A DNA stretch of 32,321 bases. Source: a virus (Duplodnaviria > Caudoviricetes). Below the pieces are notes generated by a model. It ran no database searches. It was not told the origin of the DNA and saw only the letters and a program-made list of their open reading frames with translations. This document shows, piece by piece, positions 19,218 through 27,045 of the stretch; the first letter of the stretch is position 1, and each line of letters begins with the position of its first letter. Made by a program: the position numbers and the translations under genes. The stretch is from positions 1 to 32,321 of the IMG/VR virus record IMGVR_UViG_3300032212_000682; one strand, written 5' to 3'.

Positions 19218-19501
19218 TTTTTGCCACCCTCTACAATCCGCCTAACTTGTCTTACAGATATTCCGTGCTGCTTTGCTAACTCCTTTATGTTTTCCCCGTT
19301 AAACTGCGAACGTATCAACCCCGCGCGCTCCTCACGCTTCACATTACCCAGCTTAGGCACGTACAAACGAAACTCGCGCCCCGCATGCGAGCTTTGCAAC
19401 GTTTTTGTCAAAACATCCGTGACCGCTGTTTGCATCGCTTCCTTAAACACTGGATGTTGCACCACGTCGGCCGCCAACTTTTTGATAAATGCCTCACTCA
19501 C
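19214..19501 (-). CDS. Mor/C-family transcription activator
   Basis: G...LYVPK, R...IR..FNG.N.KELA..HG.S.RQVRRIV, the C-terminal HTH pattern of phage Mu Mor/C. Confidence 0.85.
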   Translation of the reverse strand: MSEAFIKKLAADVVQHPVFKEAMQTAVTDVLTKTLQSSHAGREFRLYVPKLGNVKREERAGLIRSQFNGENIKELAKQHGISVRQVRRIVEGGKK

Positions 19502-21483
19502 CTTTTAAAGCCTCCTACAAAACCACCACCATTAAACCTTGTCGATTTCTTTCGCTTTGTTTTTGTTTTTGGCTTCTCTTCCTCGATCAATTCGTGAGTT
19601 TCATTTTCTTTTTGTTCAATCTCAGTTTGCAAAGGCATTTGTCCAAATAAATCATCTTGCACAGGTTGTATCTTTGCCTCTAGCTTGTCCCAATCGCTTT
19701 CGCGCATCATATGTATTCGAATTGCTGGATGCACGGCCGCTGCATTGGCATAAACCGAACAGTCGAGCGCCTCATTGCGTCGGCCGCTTAGCTTTTTCCA
19801 TCGTCCGTTGCGGCTATCGAAACGCTCTGCTGTAATTTGCTGATAAAAATCGTCGCCTAAATCAGTAGGGAATCGAATATATTGCTTGTCTGGCTCGTTG
19901 TGCGCATCGGCATTAAGGCGAGCAAACAAGGCACCTTTGGCCGTATCCGTACCAACGCGCCAAAGATCAACACCACCCTTGAGGGTTTTACCTCGATAAT
20001 TTAAGTCTTGCGAGCTTGGACGCCCGGCAATTATGGGCCGGCCACCGTAACTCATACCCTTTATTGCATAGCGACGCTTATGCACGTTGTTGCGGCAATA
20101 GTTATACACGGCATGTGTATTGTGCCCGCCGGTATCGATGCAAGATGCTTTAACTTTTAGGAAAACACCCCATTGATTGCGTATGGGTTTATCGAGCAAT
20201 TCGTCGAGCGCTTCCCACACTTCCGAGCCTTCGGGATCGCCGGGCAACTCAACCCAATCAATCAACCATCGACGTTCATTGCGACCCCAACCCCATATGG
20301 CGATTGCGAGTCGATCGGGCTGCGTATCGACGCCGGCCGTTAACACCAAACAGCCAACCGGAATCGTTCTTGATGTATAGCCACCCGCACGGGCTTGGAT
20401 ATCTTCCCATTCAATCTTGCCGGTTTCGTCTTCGTATGTTTCGCCCAGTAAGGTATTACGATAAGCCTGCATCAACTCTTCATTGTCTCGGGCTTTTGCT
20501 CTTTCTTGCGCGACTTCCTCCCATGTCAAACCAAGACCAACAGGGGCATATAATGCGCTTAGATGAAAACCGGGAATTTCAGACTTTGGATTTTCTGCAA
20601 TCCATTTACCGCTGTTGAGCATTTCCGTTTTTTTATGATGCTCAATCGACTTGCCGCAACCCTCGCATAAATACGTGCCATCATCATGCACGTTATCACC
20701 GCGCAACACTTGCTCGTGTCCGCACATAGGGCAAGGCACATAATATTTGCGTTGATCGCTCAACTTGTATTCAAGCTCAATAACGCTTGCGTCTTTTATC
20801 GTTGGCGTGGACACAATCAAGATTTTTCGACGTGGAAAAGTATTCGTTCGTTTTTCTGCAAGAGCTAAGGGCGAGCCCTCGCCGTCTACATCATCGGGAT
20901 ACCCGTCAACCTCATCAGCAAACAGGTACTTAACGGGCATTGAGCGCAAATCACTGGCACTATTAGCGCCTGCAATTACTGCAACACCACCCGGAAAATC
21001 TTTCATCATGGTTGTATTGCCACTATCACGACTTCGCGCGGGCAACACACGCTCGCGCAATTCTTTTGTCACATCAATCATTGGCTGCAAACGTTGTTTA
21101 CTCCAACGCTTACCAAGCGCGCTTGTAGGCTGCACAACCATCATTGGCCCCGGGTTTTGATGTATAACCGCCCCCGTAAAATTTAAACCGACCTCAGTGC
21201 CGCCAACTTGCACGCCTTTCATGAACACAACGCGCTTTGCCGGATGCATTGGCGACAAACAATCCATGATCTCTTTCAAAAAAGGCGTTCGCGCTGTTCG
21301 CCACTTGCCATACTCGCTTGCCCCCTCCCGAGGCAATACGCGGTATGTGTCCGACCACTCGGACAAGGGCAATACTACCGGAGCTTCCCAACCGCGCCGC
21401 CATGCTTGCTCGTAAGCGTCCGCACCATCTGCAATACGCTCATCGACCATTATTTCTTGCATGTCATACGCTGCCGCACTCAC
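19498..21483 (-). CDS. Terminase large subunit, lambda gpA family
   Basis: RTPFLKEIMD, MKGVQVGGTE (Walker A), YLFADEVD (Walker B), STPT, CPMC..CEGC, AGVDTQ, IDTGG, RNEALDC. Confidence 0.96.
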   Translation of the reverse strand: MSAAAYDMQEIMVDERIADGADAYEQAWRRGWEAPVVLPLSEWSDTYRVLPREGASEYGKWRTARTPFLKEIMDCLSPMHPAKRVVFMKGVQVGGTEVGLNFTGAVIHQNPGPMMVVQPTSALGKRWSKQRLQPMIDVTKELRERVLPARSRDSGNTTMMKDFPGGVAVIAGANSASDLRSMPVKYLFADEVDGYPDDVDGEGSPLALAEKRTNTFPRRKILIVSTPTIKDASVIELEYKLSDQRKYYVPCPMCGHEQVLRGDNVHDDGTYLCEGCGKSIEHHKKTEMLNSGKWIAENPKSEIPGFHLSALYAPVGLGLTWEEVAQERAKARDNEELMQAYRNTLLGETYEDETGKIEWEDIQARAGGYTSRTIPVGCLVLTAGVDTQPDRLAIAIWGWGRNERRWLIDWVELPGDPEGSEVWEALDELLDKPIRNQWGVFLKVKASCIDTGGHNTHAVYNYCRNNVHKRRYAIKGMSYGGRPIIAGRPSSQDLNYRGKTLKGGVDLWRVGTDTAKGALFARLNADAHNEPDKQYIRFPTDLGDDFYQQITAERFDSRNGRWKKLSGRRNEALDCSVYANAAAVHPAIRIHMMRESDWDKLEAKIQPVQDDLFGQMPLQTEIEQKENETHELIEEEKPKTKTKRKKSTRFNGGGFVGGFKR

Positions 21484-21953
21484 TTACCGCTCAACTCCCT
21501 TGCAATGTTGGTGATATCCACTGTTAACAATTCATGAACCTTTGCCGGGTCACTCTCTGCCGCCAATTGCACCGCCAAACGATCAGGAATCGAAAACAAT
21601 TTTTCACGCGCTTCGTGTGCTAGTTCAAAAGCTCGCTTGTCTATGCCCTCTGTACGTGCCAGCGCACCCGATCTTTCTTGCACTTCTAACTCTGCAAGCG
21701 TGGCCTTCGAATTTGCCTCACGCGCTTTTGCGGCCAAATACGAAACTTTTTCGTCGTTTTGCTCCACCTTCCCCGAGCGATCACCGCCACGAGCCGTCAT
21801 TGTTGAATCAATCAACGCATCAGACCGACGTACATCAATCAAACCATCATCGTTAAAAATTAATTTTCCCGCCTTCTCGTACTGCGTCACCATCGAGCGC
21901 GCAACGTCACGATGCCGCGAATACTCCGCACGAGTTAAAAATTTCTCAGACAA
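21480..21953 (-). CDS. Terminase small subunit
   Basis: N-terminal wHTH (TRAEYSRHR.V....V), coiled coil, IPDRLA motif; overlaps the terL start. Confidence 0.88.
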   Translation of the reverse strand: MSEKFLTRAEYSRHRDVARSMVTQYEKAGKLIFNDDGLIDVRRSDALIDSTMTARGGDRSGKVEQNDEKVSYLAAKAREANSKATLAELEVQERSGALARTEGIDKRAFELAHEAREKLFSIPDRLAVQLAAESDPAKVHELLTVDITNIARELSGK

Positions 21954-22181
21954 TTAAACTAATTCCTTCACAAAAAATACAAACGACGAAAGGCAAGCCA
22001 GAATAAACAAATAATAAAATGCGTTACCCACATCACCAGCCGTCAACATCGTTACAGGCGTAAAATTTTCTCTATTTTTTCTTCGTTCAATCACAGCTTT
22101 TTCCCTCGCATTTCTGTTAATCAAAAAAATATTATTAAAAATTTTTTTCAACCTTAAAAAACAATTACAAAAATAAATCAC
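21954..22181 (-). CDS. Possible small membrane protein
   Basis: AT-rich 75-aa ORF abutting terS, with a C-terminal hydrophobic stretch; start uncertain. Confidence 0.35.
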   Translation of the reverse strand: MIYFCNCFLRLKKIFNNIFLINRNAREKAVIERRKNRENFTPVTMLTAGDVGNAFYYLFILACLSSFVFFVKELV

Positions 22182-22224
22182 TCACAACTCATTGTTAAGC
22201 TAACAATTCCCCGCTATCACTAGA

Positions 22225-22274
22225 GAAAAAACACGGTTCGCACTACCCGTGGCGCTAGTCTCGAGGAAGTACCT
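22225..22274 (-). other. Putative cos packaging region
   Basis: AGGTACTTCC (cosQ-like; lambda cosQ is GGGTCCT) followed by ACGGGTAGTGCGAACCG, upstream of terS in a gpA-type phage. Confidence 0.5.
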
Positions 22275-22292
22275 TTTTGTTTTTATTTTTGT

Positions 22293-23021
22293 TTATCTCG
22301 CCGTTTGAATCGCAAACCTTACAGCCTTCGCAATCTCATGCTTTGCCCGCTTCCGAATACCCTCATTAACAACACGCCGAATATCAATCATTGCTCTGTA
22401 AGTTGGTTGAGTCACGACAATCATTATCGGCACAGCGTCGCCGCCATCACGTTGCCAAACTCCCTTGGGTAACTGCCGGCCATCGCTCCAGAAATAACCT
22501 TTCAACCTTCCGCGCTTTCTTTTACTTCTCCGGCTATCACTCGAAAAACTAATTGCATCAGCACCCACTTTGATTTGTGACATGATCTGCTGAACCTGAC
22601 CGCGACTTATATTCCCGTACCTATCCAACCTAGCCTCTTCACCCGGCACAAGGTATTCCCGCGACGTTATCTTGCCCGCTCGCTCCAACCAGAACTCAAG
22701 ACGCGAACGACCACGGCTCCCGCCCCTGAACTCATGGCGCAATTGATCGGCAGGTGACTTGCTATTCTTGCTCGACTCCCTATCCTTTATCCCAACCACT
22801 GCCACTTGCCGCTTCTTCTTCGCTGGCTGAACGTACACACTGCGTATTGTGTAAGGCGTTGGCCTATCAAATAACCGCTTCATTTCCGCTTGCGTGTCCT
22901 TCTGCCCGCCCTTTGCTAACCGAGTCAAGGCAAGTGATGTTGCAAAAGGCATTTGTTTCTCGTCAATATTCGTCATGTATCGCGTTACGTCGTTTATATT
23001 CATGCCTATATCAACTTTCAC
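22293..23021 (-). CDS. Basic phage protein, gpZ/virion-morphogenesis-like, upstream of the terminase genes
   Basis: Q.PFA...ALT..A, FDRPTPYT, LD.YGNISRGQ, GVWQR motifs; Arg/Lys-rich. Confidence 0.65.
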   Translation of the reverse strand: MKVDIGMNINDVTRYMTNIDEKQMPFATSLALTRLAKGGQKDTQAEMKRLFDRPTPYTIRSVYVQPAKKKRQVAVVGIKDRESSKNSKSPADQLRHEFRGGSRGRSRLEFWLERAGKITSREYLVPGEEARLDRYGNISRGQVQQIMSQIKVGADAISFSSDSRRSKRKRGRLKGYFWSDGRQLPKGVWQRDGGDAVPIMIVVTQPTYRAMIDIRRVVNEGIRKRAKHEIAKAVRFAIQTAR

Positions 23022-23859
23022 TTACTTTGCCCCTTATCGCCTCACGCACTGACTGCATGCCCTTAGCGGCTTTCTCAGGCTCAGCACGTTTAGGCATTGC
23101 AGTCTTGCCGAACTCCTTATGCCCCGCTGTGAATACCACCTTGCCTTGCATTGGCTGATAACCTTTCCCGGTCGATTCTTTTTTCTTTTTGTTTTTATGA
23201 TCACGCTCCATTTTCATAAACAACTTGAATTGCTCTTGCCAATCCGCCACCTGCTTACCATTCGCCTTGTAGACAGTTACAAACAAATCTCTATGCTCAA
23301 CCGTTGGCTCAGGATAACCACGCTTAATCAACCAGCTAAACGTTTCTTGTTTTATTTCAAAATCACTTGGCACTAGAGAGAGAGATAACGGTAATACGGT
23401 TGTTGGCTGCTCCTCTTGGTTAACGGTGGGCTGCTCACCATCGCTATGTTGTTGAAAGTTAACAACATTGCAAGGGCTGTTGCTTTGGGCTGTTCCTTGG
23501 CTGTTCCTCATAGACACGGAATTATCCGTAGTAGCTAACAAACACTTAAAAACATAGCCATTTTCTTTCGATGACATCGGCAACGTTGCAATCAATCCCG
23601 CCCTCTCAAGCATTGTTATAATTGCCCTAATCTTAGGCCGCGTTAACTTCTCGCCTTTCTCTTTAGAACCCGGCAATACCTCAACATCTAACACCTCACA
23701 AAGCGATTGAGTGCTAATCGTCTTACCTGCCGGCTTACCAACAACACCGGTTTTATAACTCATAAAACGCCGTATACCGCGCAAATACAAAACTTGCGCA
23801 CGCCAAGGCAACCCCTGCAACGCCGCGTCTTCTAAATCATTAAAACTAGTGGTCGGCAT
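23011..23859 (-). CDS. Replication initiator (lambda O / DnaT-like architecture)
   Basis: N-terminal wHTH (LYLRGIRRFM, L..LERAGLI), low-complexity linker carrying DNA repeats, C-terminal P.DF...F...Y......DW...F. Confidence 0.7.
   Translation of the reverse strand: MPTTSFNDLEDAALQGLPWRAQVLYLRGIRRFMSYKTGVVGKPAGKTISTQSLCEVLDVEVLPGSKEKGEKLTRPKIRAIITMLERAGLIATLPMSSKENGYVFKCLLATTDNSVSMRNSQGTAQSNSPCNVVNFQQHSDGEQPTVNQEEQPTTVLPLSLSLVPSDFEIKQETFSWLIKRGYPEPTVEHRDLFVTVYKANGKQVADWQEQFKLFMKMERDHKNKKKKESTGKGYQPMQGKVVFTAGHKEFGKTAMPKRAEPEKAAKGMQSVREAIRGKVSES
23405..23506. repeat. Iteron-like repeats / putative phage origin
   Basis: GGCTG(C/T)T(C/G) at 23405, 23429, 23475, 23488 and 23499, around the inverted repeat ATGTTGTT-N7-AACAACAT (23446-23468). 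Confidence 0.55.
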
Positions 23860-24214
23860 CAATCAAACCCGTAATTTTTAACACCATCGACATATAATCT
23901 GGCTCAATCCCTATTTGCTCAGCCAAATAATTTAACTCGCCATCTGCAAACGCTTCGCGCGTATCAAACCGCGTCTTTTCAAACCCTCTCAACCAACGCT
24001 CATAAAAACCAATATCCTTAACCGCTTGCGTAAGCACCGCAAAACAAAGATCAACAATTGGTTCCTTAAACTGCCTAGACCGCTTAGGCAATCGCTCTTC
24101 AATAAAACACGGCACCTTTTCAAACGGGCACGCTTGATACAAAAGATAAATAGCCACATCCTGTGCGGCCTTCACCTTGCGACGCTCAACAACGTTATAC
24201 GGCGCGCCGCTCAT
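23846..24214 (-). CDS. Hypothetical protein (122 aa)
   Basis: Start moved to ATG 24214 to reduce the TraR overlap; L..AVL.QAV.D motif. Confidence 0.65.
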   Translation of the reverse strand: MSGAPYNVVERRKVKAAQDVAIYLLYQACPFEKVPCFIEERLPKRSRQFKEPIVDLCFAVLTQAVKDIGFYERWLRGFEKTRFDTREAFADGELNYLAEQIGIEPDYMSMVLKITGLIDADH

Positions 24215-24407
24215 AAGCACCCGCACACTCAACACACATCGTACAGCCGGGGACGGCCAATTGACGCGCGCTTGATATCTCACAACCACAATCAATACAT
24301 TCATTCAAAGAATCAGTACCCGAATCAAAACAACCTCTCGCCGCTTTGATACGTTCCTCCAGCTCCTTATCAATCCGTTCCTGTGCAACGTCTACCGTAT
24401 CAACCAC
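24195..24407 (-). CDS. TraR/DksA-family C4 zinc-finger protein
   Basis: N-terminal DxxDxA (DTVDVA); CIDCG..I...R..AVPGC..CVEC. Confidence 0.9.
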   Translation of the reverse strand: MVDTVDVAQERIDKELEERIKAARGCFDSGTDSLNECIDCGCEISSARQLAVPGCTMCVECAGAYERRAV

Positions 24408-24409
24408 AA

Positions 24410-24754
24410 CTAACCCCTCCTACTTTCTGCAAGCTTTAACAACATAGCCCTTGCCTTTAACAACTCGCCTGCCTCTCTCGTCAAATCCGACGCAATACGC
24501 GCAAGCGACTGCGCAACCAACTCAACCTCAGCGCCCGCCTTGTTATCAATAACCCGCTGTATTCGCTGCTTACTTTGAGTACTCAAAAAATACACGCCAT
24601 CTTCAAAAACAATTTGCCCGTGCCTTTCCAAGTTTCTTAAAAGCGACTCAAAATCATCAGCACCACCCAAATACAAAACCGCAGCCTGTAAACTCTCAAT
24701 AGACAGCGCGCCACGCTTCGACAACACGTCAATCACACTTTGCCGCGTGCTCAT
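24410..24754 (-). CDS. Hypothetical winged-helix-like protein
   Basis: VI..L...G.LS...L, LL..L...GQI....G.Y pattern; ATGA coupling. Confidence 0.6.
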   Translation of the reverse strand: MSTRQSVIDVLSKRGALSIESLQAAVLYLGGADDFESLLRNLERHGQIVFEDGVYFLSTQSKQRIQRVIDNKAGAEVELVAQSLARIASDLTREAGELLKARAMLLKLAESRRG

Positions 24755-25344
24755 ATCGCCAACCTAGGCGCGGCAAAATTAGGAACCTTCCGAATAGACT
24801 CAATACGACCACGCATCATCATCAATTCCGCCAATGCCTCGTCAATTTGTATTAACGCCTTTTCCGCATGGGGCTCGTCGTCATCATCAATGCCGCCATT
24901 CGCAAAAATCGGCGACAAAGCCTCGATAACATCGCCAGTTTCTTTCAAAATTCGTTGCAAATTCGACGAATCCTCATTACCGCCATACTCAGGAATCGCC
25001 GTGGGCAGCATGCCATAACGCCCCACCAGCTCGCGCACACAATCGCGCCGATACTCATCAGGCAACGCATAAACAAAACACTCTTCCAAATCCGTGGGCA
25101 TATTCACCGAGCCCGACAAATAACGCATTATCTTTTTGCCATTACTCGACAAGCGCTTAAACAAATCACCCTCATACATAAACGTGATCAAACGACACTC
25201 GACCTTTGGTACACGCTCCAAATAAAGCTCAACAACCGAGTCTGCGAACATCTCTTGAGACACACTCGAATCATGCAAATACTGATTAACGTATCGCATA
25301 ACAACTTTTGAGCGCGCCTCGCGTGGAATTTCCCCCGTTAACAT
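24751..25344 (-). CDS. CII-like phage regulatory protein
   Basis: First gene after cro and its terminator; C-terminal E.GDV..AL......G.ID helix pattern; GAGG SD. Confidence 0.55.
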   Translation of the reverse strand: MLTGEIPREARSKVVMRYVNQYLHDSSVSQEMFADSVVELYLERVPKVECRLITFMYEGDLFKRLSSNGKKIMRYLSGSVNMPTDLEECFVYALPDEYRRDCVRELVGRYGMLPTAIPEYGGNEDSSNLQRILKETGDVIEALSPIFANGGIDDDDEPHAEKALIQIDEALAELMMMRGRIESIRKVPNFAAPRLAI

Positions 25345-25370
25345 TTTTCACATTTCCTCTAAACTAAAAT

Positions 25371-25407
25371 AAAAAAGCGCCTCGCACCTAAGAGGCAAGC
25401 GAAGCGC
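25371..25407 (-). terminator. Intrinsic terminator after cro (tR1-like)
   Basis: GCGCTTCGC-N13-GCGAGGCGC followed by TTTTTT. Confidence 0.65.
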
Positions 25408-25441
25408 ATAGGAGGGATCAAACGAAATGAACCACAAAACA

Positions 25442-25642
25442 TCATGCGGCCCTACCCTGTTGATACTCTTCGGAGTGAATCAACAGCTTTTCAACACGAG
25501 AGACACCGGGATCATTAAACTTACCCTGTGCGAATTTACTCAACCACTGATAATCAATGCCGGTTTCTTGAGCGATCAACGGCCACTCGCCGCGCCTCGA
25601 CTCAAGGTAATCAATTGCCTTTTGTTTAAATGTTTTAGCCAT
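25442..25642 (-). CDS. Cro-like HTH regulator (66 aa)
   Basis: W..IA..TGI.Y.WLSKF..G....PG...VEKL; divergent from the repressor; the TTG at 25678 used by the ORF track is the -35 box, so the start is ATG 25642. Confidence 0.85.
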   Translation of the reverse strand: MAKTFKQKAIDYLESRRGEWPLIAQETGIDYQWLSKFAQGKFNDPGVSRVEKLLIHSEEYQQGRAA

Positions 25643-25649
25643 GCTAAAC

Positions 25650-25709
25650 AACTTAGTACGATCGTACTGATTTGTCAAGTATGAACGTACTATATAATTA
25701 AACTATGAT
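25650..25709. promoter_or_regulatory. OR-like switch: two 14-bp operators with divergent PR-like and PRM-like promoters
   Basis: Perfect palindrome AGTACGATCGTACT (25655-25668) and AGTATGAACGTACT (25678-25691); minus-strand TTGACA-17-TAAGTT; plus-strand TATGAT at 25704-25709. Confidence 0.8.
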
Positions 25710-25715
25710 TAACCC

Positions 25716-26096
25716 ATGAAAGACTCAAACAAAATATTTGCTGATAACTTCAAGCGAATTACTCAAAAATTAGCCAAAGACGGGCACACATCGCAAACCG
25801 CGCTCGCCAAAAAACTTGGCGTCTCGCAAAAAACAATCTCTAATATAAATATTCAAATAGAAGAAGGAAGACAAATCAGGCTGGACACAATACAAACAAT
25901 TGCAAATAGCTTAAAGATAGACATGTGGAAACTTTTTGTTCCAAACATACCAGTTGACCTTTTACTCAATAAAGAATTAAATAAAGTCATTGAAAACTAC
26001 ATCAGCGCGCCGCCGGAATCTCAAGAGTACATCAAGCGAGTTGCCGAAAAAGAGGCAAGCTATAGCAAGAAAAACAAGGACGAAAAAAACAAATGA
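25716..26096 (+). CDS. CI-like XRE-family repressor without an S24 peptidase domain
   Basis: SQ.ALAKK.GVSQKTISNI, LD.I..IA..L HTH; divergent from cro across the operators. Confidence 0.85.
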   Translation: MKDSNKIFADNFKRITQKLAKDGHTSQTALAKKLGVSQKTISNINIQIEEGRQIRLDTIQTIANSLKIDMWKLFVPNIPVDLLLNKELNKVIENYISAPPESQEYIKRVAEKEASYSKKNKDEKNK

Positions 26097-26542
26097 ACTG
26101 CAACATGTGCGGGCTTGGGCTAATACCGACCGAAGAGCCAAAAGGAATTTGCAGCAAATGCGAAAGCAACCTATCACCCGAAGAAATCCAAGAACGTAAA
26201 AACGCTCAATTAGCCCACTTAAAAAACATCATCCTTTCAACAGAAATGACTTACCCAGGCGATTACGAGCGAATAGAAATCATCGCATCCGAATACGTCA
26301 TCGGGTTAAATGTATTCAAAGACCTATTTGTAAGCATTACAGACAGTGTAGGCGGTCGCAGCGCAACCATGCAAAAAGAACTCAGCAAAGCGCGCGAATA
26401 CGTATTAAACGACTTAAAACAACAAGCCTTCAACATCAGCGCAAACGCCGTCATAGCAATCGACATAAAATACAATGAGCTAAACGGCAAAAACAGCCAA
26501 ATGCTATTTGTTGCCGCAACCGGAACAGCAATAAAAACCTAA
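26093..26542 (+). CDS. Zn-ribbon + YbjQ/UPF0145-family protein
   Basis: CxxC-12-CxxC N-terminus; G.NVFKD......D.VGGRS, ANAVIAIDI.Y, ATGTA. Confidence 0.85.
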   Translation: MNCNMCGLGLIPTEEPKGICSKCESNLSPEEIQERKNAQLAHLKNIILSTEMTYPGDYERIEIIASEYVIGLNVFKDLFVSITDSVGGRSATMQKELSKAREYVLNDLKQQAFNISANAVIAIDIKYNELNGKNSQMLFVAATGTAIKT

Positions 26543-26886
26543 CAAAGTTCCATTGCTGCAATACGCTCAATACCTAACCTTTCTGATCGATCACAAACGG
26601 CGTAGTTCTCAATCATCGTAAATAACCCCTTATCCGCAATATACTCAAACGGTATATTGACAAATAAAGCATAGATTTCGATATTAAAAACAGACGACAA
26701 ACGATCCAAAACAAACAACCGAGGCGAATAACCAAAATTAAATTCTGGCGACTCTATCCGCTGTATTGTTCCAATACTTACATTTGCTGCAATTGACAAC
26801 TCAGCTTGCGACCACTCCCTCGCATGCCTTAGTTTTTTAATATTTTGCGCCAACAAAAAACATTCCGACCTCAAAACGACCCCCAA
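26539..26886 (-). CDS. Second XRE-family HTH protein, paralog of the repressor
   Basis: LA.NIKKLR....WSQ.EL...A.VS..TIQRIE; C-terminal similarity to 25716..26096; TTG start uncertain. Confidence 0.75.
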   Translation of the reverse strand: MGVVLRSECFLLAQNIKKLRHAREWSQAELSIAANVSIGTIQRIESPEFNFGYSPRLFVLDRLSSVFNIEIYALFVNIPFEYIADKGLFTMIENYAVCDRSERLGIERIAAMELC

Positions 26887-26910
26887 AATATTAATATTGT
26901 TTAATGGAAT

Positions 26911-26955
26911 AGTACGTTTGTACTTGACTTATAATTCTTATAGTACTATCGTACT
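26911..26955 (+). promoter_or_regulatory. OL-like operators overlapping a PL-like promoter
   Basis: AGTACGTTTGTACT (26911-26924) and AGTACTATCGTACT (26942-26955); TTGACT (26924-26929)-17-TATCGT (26947-26952). Confidence 0.8.
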
Positions 26956-27045
26956 TACTGAGAGCCCCACATTGGGCCAGATTAACATAAATGAAATATA
27001 TAACAAAACCAAAAAGCAACATTTGCAACCGGGGAGTCAAAGGAA

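Noticed and set aside
23373-23385. (AG)n microsatellite in the initiator gene
   Set aside because: Only about six units encoding LSLSL, in frame; no evidence of phase variation
25643-25678. N-terminal extension of Cro from TTG 25678
   Set aside because: That TTG is part of the TTGACA -35 box, and the extension spans the operator and -10
26963-26976. GCCC-CACATT-GGGC hairpin as a boxB/nut site
   Set aside because: The loop does not match the purine-rich boxB loop; no boxA or N-like gene recognised
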